Shown in pieces: positions 54,001 through 63,000 of a stretch of DNA of 64,000 bases (positions are counted from its first letter, which is position 1; the number at the start of each line of letters is the position of its first letter). The position numbers and the translations under genes are program-made. The notes beneath the pieces are model-generated. The model was not told where the DNA came from. It ran no database searches and saw only the letters and a list, made by a program, of their open reading frames with translations. Source of the DNA: Candidatus Omnitrophota bacterium (GTDB lineage: Bacteria > Omnitrophota > Gorgyraeia > Zapsychrales > Zapsychraceae); NCBI GenBank assembly GCA_029261065.1, contig JAJDCB010000011.1, forward strand, positions 47,168 to 111,167, read 5' to 3'.

Positions 54001-57000
54001 ATTATGAAGTTTAGAGAGGCAGGACGTTTGAATACGTTTTTGTCACTTATTTTGAATGTTGCTAAGAGCAAAAAGCAAGAGGCAGAGGTTGATATTAAAA
54101 GAGTATTTGAAATGGTACTTAGTCATGAAGCACTGATTCTAAAAGATAATAAATATATAAAGCTTATACCGGACATTCTTGATAATGCAAATAATTATAT
54201 AGGCGAAGAAAAAGACATAACAGGTTATTTTAAGGATATTGTTCCAGAAGTATTAATGGTGTCTGAAACCATTGAGGAATATCAACAGATGATGGATGTG
54301 ATTGTAGGTAAGGATGGAATATTAAAAAGAATTAGAAGGATTGATAATCCATTTGCAGAAAGAATTGAAAAAGAATTCCGACGATATATCACAAATGATG
54401 AAACTATTATTAGTTTAGATAAGTTAAAACTTTTAAAATCAATCATTTCTATAACGCAGGCTAACAGTGAGCTTATATTGAAAATGTTAAATTCTAAAGC
54501 AATATATTTAGAAGAAATTGAACCTCTTGTCGAAATTTTACATTCTAATAATGCTTTTACCCGAATTATCCGGTTTTTTGGAGAAGATTATGTTAGTTTT
54601 GTACAGAAATTAAGAGATGAAGGGCAATTAACCAATTTCAGTCAGATTGTTTTTAATATTGTTAAGGACAAAAGGCAACATGCTGTTGTTGATATTGAAG
54701 GAGTTTTTATCGTACTTTCCAGTCGTGAATCTTTGGTTAAGAATTATGTTTCAGCTGATTGGGAGAGTTTTGAAAAAATAATTAAGGAGTATTTCCATCA
54801 TGTTGGTGTTATTCATCATAAATTATTTCAGTACTTCGAGAGACATCGTCATGAACCAAGATTGATTGAACAATTAAGAGAAGATGTCGAAAGAGAGTTG
54901 TTTAACATTGCCTGGGGTGGGTTTAATGGATTTAGTAAGGAATTCAACCAAAGATACGATTTTAAAATGGAAGATGAAATTATTTTATTGAAAAAGTATC
55001 TGCCTATAAAAAATGTTGGAGCCTTGGAGTCTGGTAATCTTTATAAGCGGGTTGTTCAAGCCATTCATGCGCGTGGACAACAGTGGCAGGATGAAGTTGA
55101 TCATTCAATCCGTGATAATGTCCTTGTTGTTGCAGGTGAACAGAATGTTTGGCAAATAAAGGAAGGAGAGGTTATAGATTCAACATGGATAGATGGGGTT
55201 TTAAGATTATTAAATCAAGATAATAAGGATCAGCTAGATTTAAAACAATTACTTGAGCAATATATCAGTACTAAACAATGGCCAATAGAAAATATTCAGA
55301 CGGCAGCCCTTCTTTGGATGATGGAAAACTTAGATTTAAGAGGGCGATTTGATAAAATGCGTAAATTATTGATGTCCAATAACGGTAAAATATGGGATGA
55401 AGATGTCGCAAAGTATCAGCAAGCAATAGATGAAATTCAAAAGTTATTTGAAGATACGTGGATTCATGATGCTAAAGAACATAATCAAGATAGAGAGGGT
55501 TGGAGCTCTTTAGTTAAAATCGTGGCAAGTGAAACGACTGAGGCAAGTAGAGTTATGATGTTTGAAAAGCTACCACGAAAAGCACTTAAAAAAGTATTTA
55601 AAAACTTAGATTTAGAACTTGTTCCTGCTCAGATTAGTCAAAGTTTATCGAAAGGTATTAATCTCTCCTTATGGGATGATGAAAGCTTTGAGAGGTTAAG
55701 AAGTGAATTATGGAGGAATAAGTTAGTTGAGAGGGCGATTAATCATGTCAGTCAGGCTAGAGAAATTGTTGCTAACTCTGATGAATGGTTGGTTGTACGA
55801 TCGGATATTAGTGAGGGAGTTAAACTCATGATGCGTGATGAATTAGATAAACGGTCTAAAAAAGGATCAATATTGGGAAGACTAGGTTTAGGGGCTCAGC
55901 AGAAGAAGGCCGATCAACCAAATGTACAATTTATGGAAAATATTCTTACAAGAAAACTTAATGACCTGTTTTTACCTATTCTTAATCACGTCTTAGATGA
56001 ATCTAGTAAATTGGAAATTGTTACAGTTTCAAGTAAGAGTAAATCTGTTGTTATTGGTGTCTTTGATGATGCTATGCATGAAATGGGAGGTTTAAGTACA
56101 GGTGTCTGTACGGCGTGTGAGCGTGATAAGCAAATTGAAGATACTCGGTATCATTTTATGAAAATGGCAATTAAGGAACCAGGAATTCAAGAAGGCGGAC
56201 GCGTTTTAGGATGGTCACAAGTACAGCTTGTGCGTGAGTCAATCACTGATAGACCTGAGAAAGAGAGTGCCAAAGGATGGAAGGTTCTTGCTATGCCTGG
56301 AATTAATATGCTTGATGGTATCGAAGCCAATGGCATAGGTAAGAGACAAGGTACCTTATTGGTATTGGAATATGCTCAACGATTAGCTAAAGCCGCCGGA
56401 ATGCAGGGTGCTGTTATACCGATAGCAGGTGTTATTCGTCATCAAAATTCTCAAGGACCAGAGGCTAAGATGGTTAATGAGTTATATGCGCAGGGGTTTT
56501 TAAGGAAGGCTAAATTAAGTAAGAGCGTTGATTTATCTTCTAGTTATTCTTATGATGACGTTTATGTCATTGAAATTCCTGAAAGTCAAATGGTGACAAA
56601 AGATACTGCTCTTTCCAGTTTAAGTGACATGTTGAGAGGTTCGCAAGAGATGAAAGAACAAATTTCAACTGATAATAAAAATGAGTCCATTGATATTAAT
56701 TTCCAGGAAGGAGTTATTCAGATCAATGGTTATCAAGACCAAAAGGCGTCACTCTTGGCTGTGTTTAATGAAGTGCAACATTTGTATAAAGATATTCCCG
56801 CACAGATTAAAGAATATCTTAATCGCTTAGGTATAGAAGGCCTTATTCAAATAAATGTGAATGGACCCACACGTTTAATAAAGACAGAGGAGCCAGAGCC
56901 TAGGGTTGTTTTGACGTTAGGAAATGATATTGTTTATGAGCCTGGAAAGGTTGAACCGATTGGGATGAGTCAAAGTTTCTATGAAATGATTGTTGCGTTA

Positions 57001-60000
57001 TTATTACCTGATTATGAATTTCTGAAAGAGAAATCAATCTCTAATGAGAATGCGTATTTTAAGGTTGGCGTTATTAAAGCCTTACTGAATCGAAAATTAA
57101 ACTTTGAATTTTATTACTGGGTGATTAACAAGCTTGTATGGAGTAAGAGTTATTACCTCGCCGAAAAGATTGACTCGGAGAAGAATCAAATATTGTCTGA
57201 TGTAAAAACAAATTTAGATGAGTTTACGCAAGGAAAGAAGAATACTTCTCAATGGAATGTACTCTTAAACGTATTTGGCAATTCAGATCCAGATTTTCTG
57301 ATTGCCAATTATATCCATGTCTTATTGAAAGATCAAATTCTTACAGAAGAGCAGATAGTCATGATGATTAGTCAAATCAGCAAGATTAATATAAATGAAA
57401 AGGTAAGTTTGGCCTCGTTGCGTAATGTTGTTAAAGATATTTTATTAGAAGGCCATTTCCAATTGAGGGTAGAAGATGATGTCAAAGATTATGTTAATTT
57501 TAATTATTTTGATCAGACAGAATCTATACAACATATTTTCAACACATTGATGCAAACTACAAATTCTAATATCTATTACAGCCAAAGGCGAAATTTATTA
57601 AGTTTAATGTTGCCATTAAGTGAAGAACAACTCAATGATGAGATGGAGCGCATTATTGAAACAAATTCATTTGATGTTGTTAATCGTAAAGAAGCTGTGC
57701 AGAATCAACTTACATCGTTGTTAATTAGAAGGGTTGGTCAAAATGCCTTTGATAGTTTAATAAGGTATTTATCAGCAGAGTCAACTGAGAACATTCCGTA
57801 TGTTGATGTATTTGCCCAAAGCCTTCCAGAAGGCGCTAATGCGGATGACTATAGATTTATACAATATAAAGCAAGAGATGACAGTCAGGGAAAATTTGAT
57901 CTTGTATATGAGGATCTCGTGGGAGATGAAATTTCCAAAGATTATAATGATTGGATTCATACATTATTTCCAATCAATGATCATGGCGCCTCCAGTCCTA
58001 TAAAAGGAAACATCTTTGAATCCCCCAATTACGTCTATCTCCAAACCAGCAAAGCCGATAAGTTACATATGTTAGGAGATAATAATCGTATTGCTTCCGC
58101 TATCATTGAAATAATCCAACCACGAGCGCCACCGGTTAAAATTTCTTCACCTGTCAATTCCTCTGTAACTATTAATGAGAAATCTATCTACTTGACCCCT
58201 TCAAGAAATGTCAATGCTGAGATTATTACAATGGACGTAAGTAAGGTTAATGTCGAATTATTTGTAGATCCAAAGGTCTTAAATAGGGATTTTATAACAG
58301 AGCCTCCTTTTGAACCGATTAAAAATATGGGTATAACGATCGAGGAGTTTGTTGAATTCAAAACAGGAGATCAAAGAGTCATTGTTGCATTTAATGGTGT
58401 CCAGCCTAATTGGGAAGGATCATTCTTAGCGATTGTTAATGGCAAATTAATGAAAAAGGAATATGGCGCGCGCGGTTTATTCCAAAAGGAAAATGCTGCA
58501 GTTGATGGTAAATTTTGGTTTATTAGTTTTGATTCAACAAATAAGAGTGTTTCCGAAATTGTTATTAAGAATGGTCAAATATCTGGTGAGACAACATTTA
58601 ATAATGCCATTTATGGTCCAGCTATTATTCGTGATGGTGTAACTTACGTTGATACGATTGAATTTGGTACAAAACCAATACGTACGGGACAACAATTAAT
58701 TTGGAGAAGAGATGTGGCAATGGCAATGTCGGCCATTGGATATAATCAAGCAGGAGCTTTGGTTCGTGTCGCTGTCTTTGAGAATATTACGATTGATCAG
58801 TTTGTAAATATATTGATCGAACAAAATTTAAGAGATGCCATTCTTCTTGGCACAAGTGCTGATGTAAAAACTTATCAGAATGTAACAATACCATCCTATC
58901 GGATTGCTGAACCAAGACCTGAATCTTATACGGCCCACTTTTATCCTGAAGAAAGACCGTTGGGGACATATATTGCTGTCATACAACCACGAGCACCACC
59001 GGTAGTAGAAGGAAAAGACAACGAGAAAGATGCCAGTAATTCTTCTCCCATCTCTCCTAAAAGTAAAAGCAGACGCTTTAGAAGTAAAAGCAGACGCTTT
59101 AGCAAAGTGATTGGTATTTCTAGGCTTAGAGAAGAAATCAGGGTGAACGATTCTTTCGATAGCTTGTTAATGTCAAATATGTCAGCGTTTCTTGACACCA
59201 ATAATTCCAGAAATCGAGTTGCTAGTCCGTTGGATAATAGCAAAGATGTCTCAAATAGAGACAGCAATTCTCAGCAATCTGATCAAATAGATCCGTTGGC
59301 TCGGTTACGTTTATTAAACTTTGAATATAAGTATCTAGTTGCTTTACTAGATTCTAGAACTGATATTCATCGTATTGTGCGTTTATTAGGAGCTGCGATA
59401 TTCAAATTTCAGTTGGTCACGTATATCATGAGTCATAACCCATTTGTCAGTTTACCTAAATTAAACAGTTTGATTTCAAAAATTAAACAAAAAAAGGTTC
59501 TTCCTCCGGAATATTATCAAATATATTACGATTATCCTCTCGCATATGGAATAAAACATTTAGAAAATGTTAAGTTTATCTCTTATGTTCTCGGGGTTTT
59601 ATTTATCCAAGGAGGACTAGGTGAGGTTAAGCCAATCCTTGACGCATTCTTTAGAGAAAATCTTGATTGTGCTACTTGCGATATAAAACCTAAAAGATCG
59701 CCATTAGTTTTATATCCAACGGGATTAACGCATAATAATTACCACAGTTCTTTTGTGAGTCATTTAAGAAAAGTTATGGCCCCATTTATTCCTGCCAATA
59801 GCCAGAAAAAGGATATGGAACAGACAATAAGTCATGTTATTTATCCAGGTGTTTTAGATGGCACTGAATCGCAGGGAGAAGAATATTATTTTATTTTAGA
59901 CAAACGTTATTCCATATTAGGGGATGCTGTTCTCACGTATATTGTAAAAGTTAATTTATGGAAAAAATTAAAGTTTACGCGTAATCATAAAACTTTTTCT

Positions 60001-63000
60001 GAGCTTTCAATCGTCCTTGAAAAGAATGTTTTACTTAATGAGATGATGCGGAATATTTTAACCTTATGCCCATGTGACATCAAAGGATTTAATGATCACC
60101 ATTATGCAGATCTATTTGAATCTATGATCGCTGTAGTCTACGTGGCAAACGGAGAGGGTGAGCGAGGTATAGAAAGAGCAACTGCCTTTGTTATGGACCA
60201 ATTTGTTCAGTTTTTTAGGGCGACAAACAGACAACTTTCGCCGGAGATGGAACTCTTTCTTGAACAAAAATCCCCTAGCGGAGAATCAAGTTCTTCCCCT
60301 GTTGTTCTATCAGAAAGCTACAACAACCGCATCTTTCCAACTTTAATGAAGGATCTTCTTGATAAGGCCCAAACAAATGGTTATGCGATTCTTAGTATTT
60401 CGGGTCTTCCGGGGTTAGGTAAGTCAACGACTGCCCGGGCGTTTGAAAGATATTTGAAAGAACAAGGCGTTGCCGCGCTTTATATAGAAAGTGATTGGTT
60501 TGGAAGACGTGATTTTAGAAATTTAAAGCTTATTTGGAAGAATCCTTTTGAATGGTTTTCTGTTTTCTTTGTTGGAGTATTATTTTATTTTCCAGGGTTG
60601 TCCGCCTTAAGAATATTAAAAATGTTGTACAAAGTATCTTTTAATCAAAAACAAATAGGGGATGTGATTAATGGAATCAGAAAACTTTCCGAGAACTTTG
60701 ATGAAGTCATCATCCCTTTTAATAGTCCTGTTCCCCAAGCACCTAAAGAATTACGATTAAAGAGAAATGGTATCCTTATTTTGGATGGCATTGATTATGA
60801 AAGTCTCTATGCTGAGTTAGCGGCAACAAGAAATATACTCCTTAAAGGAACCTATCCCCTTATGCGTAAATCCTTCCGAGATAGGGAAATCAAGCAATTC
60901 AATTTCTACAAGTTTTTCGCTTTTATAGGTTCCTATATATTTATTAATCCGAAATTGAGAAAGTACCTACAGTTAAAGCAAGGAAGATTCGAATATATTC
61001 TTCAAGTGCAAGATCGGGATAATCCTATCCTAAGAAAGAAGTTGCGAGGATCTTCGCCATTTAAAAAAGAATTAGGCCTTCAAGCGGATGTTCGTTATAC
61101 AAATAGATTGATGAGTGGAGTTTCAAAAGGGACAGCTCTTACAATCACATTGAGTTTGTCTGTCTTTGTTTTCATTCTAACTGGCGATACGGCAGCACAG
61201 ATATTAGAATTAAAAAATTCGCTTCTGATCGGTGCAGATAGTTTTGAAGGTAATTCTCATTTTGTATCTCCTAGTACGTACTCATTAAAAGATCATTTAT
61301 TAATGTTATTAGCCGGTTCAGTTATTTATCTAGTGGTCATTTTTATGTCGGTCTTAACCCGAAAGATTTTCTACTTAATGGCAGAAGAATTTGGTTTTAG
61401 ATATGAACAAAGACATGAAATTTCAAAACGTTTCTTTAAATTATTTAGACGAAAAACTTTTAAGTATCCTTATCCGCATACAACGGGCTTTGGCCATACA
61501 AAAGCTATTAATTTTTATAGTAAAAAGGCAAGCCGATTTCCTTGGAGGAAGAGAAAGACGTTGGGTCTTAAGTCTAGCAAAGGTGCATTTTCTGTTTTTG
61601 CTGTGCCACATCCGCAAACGGCACGTATGGATAAATTAAAATTAGGTCTTATCGACGTCGTGATAGTTAATTTACAAAAAGTTGATTTGTTTGTAGCCGG
61701 TGTTTTAGGTGTGATTTGGGTAGCCTATGTTTTTGAATCGCATGGAGCGACAGGAGCCACTTTGGCAATGGATATAGGGATAATAGCCTTAGCTATCATG
61801 TATATGAAGTTTTTAAGAATCCTATGGGATGAACTTTCAACCAGCTTCTATAACACTGGGGAACAATTTAAATTATCTCGAGCGCCTCCTCGAGAAAAAA
61901 TATCATTCTTTAGATCAACAATATTTTTTGGCCTAAGCTTTTTTATTAGTTTCATTTTCTATGTCAATATGGCCAAAGGAGTATCCTACCTATTTGATTT
62001 ACCTCAACAGGTTAAGTCAATCCAGCTTTCTAAATCCGAAACAATGAGCAAAATGCTTGCTCACCGTTACCTAAGACAATCTGTATTACATACTCAGGAA
62101 AGATGGAGAAATCATTTTATATATATTGAGAGCAAAACACAGATAATTGCGGAAGGTTTGGAGGAGCATAATCTATTTATATTCTTACAACAAAAACTTA
62201 TCGATGGTTATTTTAGAGGAGATGGAATGAATGACGAGTCTAAGATTGCAGTGACGACAGAGTTTTTAACGGGCTATCCGTTATCTTACTTCTTAAATCA
62301 AGGCGTATCACGCGTCATTATTGAACAAGTTCCATATGAATCAACGCAACTAAGTATCGCAGAGAAGAAATTGCATGCGCAGGCCATAGAGTTCTTTATT
62401 GAAGGCAATTTTACTCAATATATAGAAATTCTTCAAGTTTACATAGATAAAGCGATAACGATAGAGAAGAAACGAAGAAAAAGGTCTAGAGAACACATAG
62501 AGTATCTATTAAAGGAATATCCAAATACGGACCTAACTATTTTAAGCAATACAACGCTTCAACCAATAATGGCTACCGTTGATAGGCATCATTCTTCAGC
62601 CCAATATAACCATATTGAAGTTGATCCGGGTTTTAAAGAAGGCGCACATCCAACGGAAGTAGTTGTTCATCATGGGACTTACGACAAGGAATTAGCCAAC
62701 AAGGATAAATGGATGGCCATGGTATTTCCTTATACTATTTTTGCGACCATAATGGAGGAAAACGGTTTATCAGAATATGCAAGTAATGGAAAAGCGTTGG
62801 AGATGAGTAGAGAAATGATCAATCAGACCGACATCATAAAAGAATTAGAAAAGCTGTCTCAAACCTTAATGGAGGAACAGCTTCAGGATGCCCAAGGGGA
62901 TCGGTCGAAGAAAATTTTACAGTTATTCTTTCAGTGGGTAAGAAAATTAGAATTAGATACAGGAACGCAAATAATACCGGGTGATATACGTGAATTTTTT

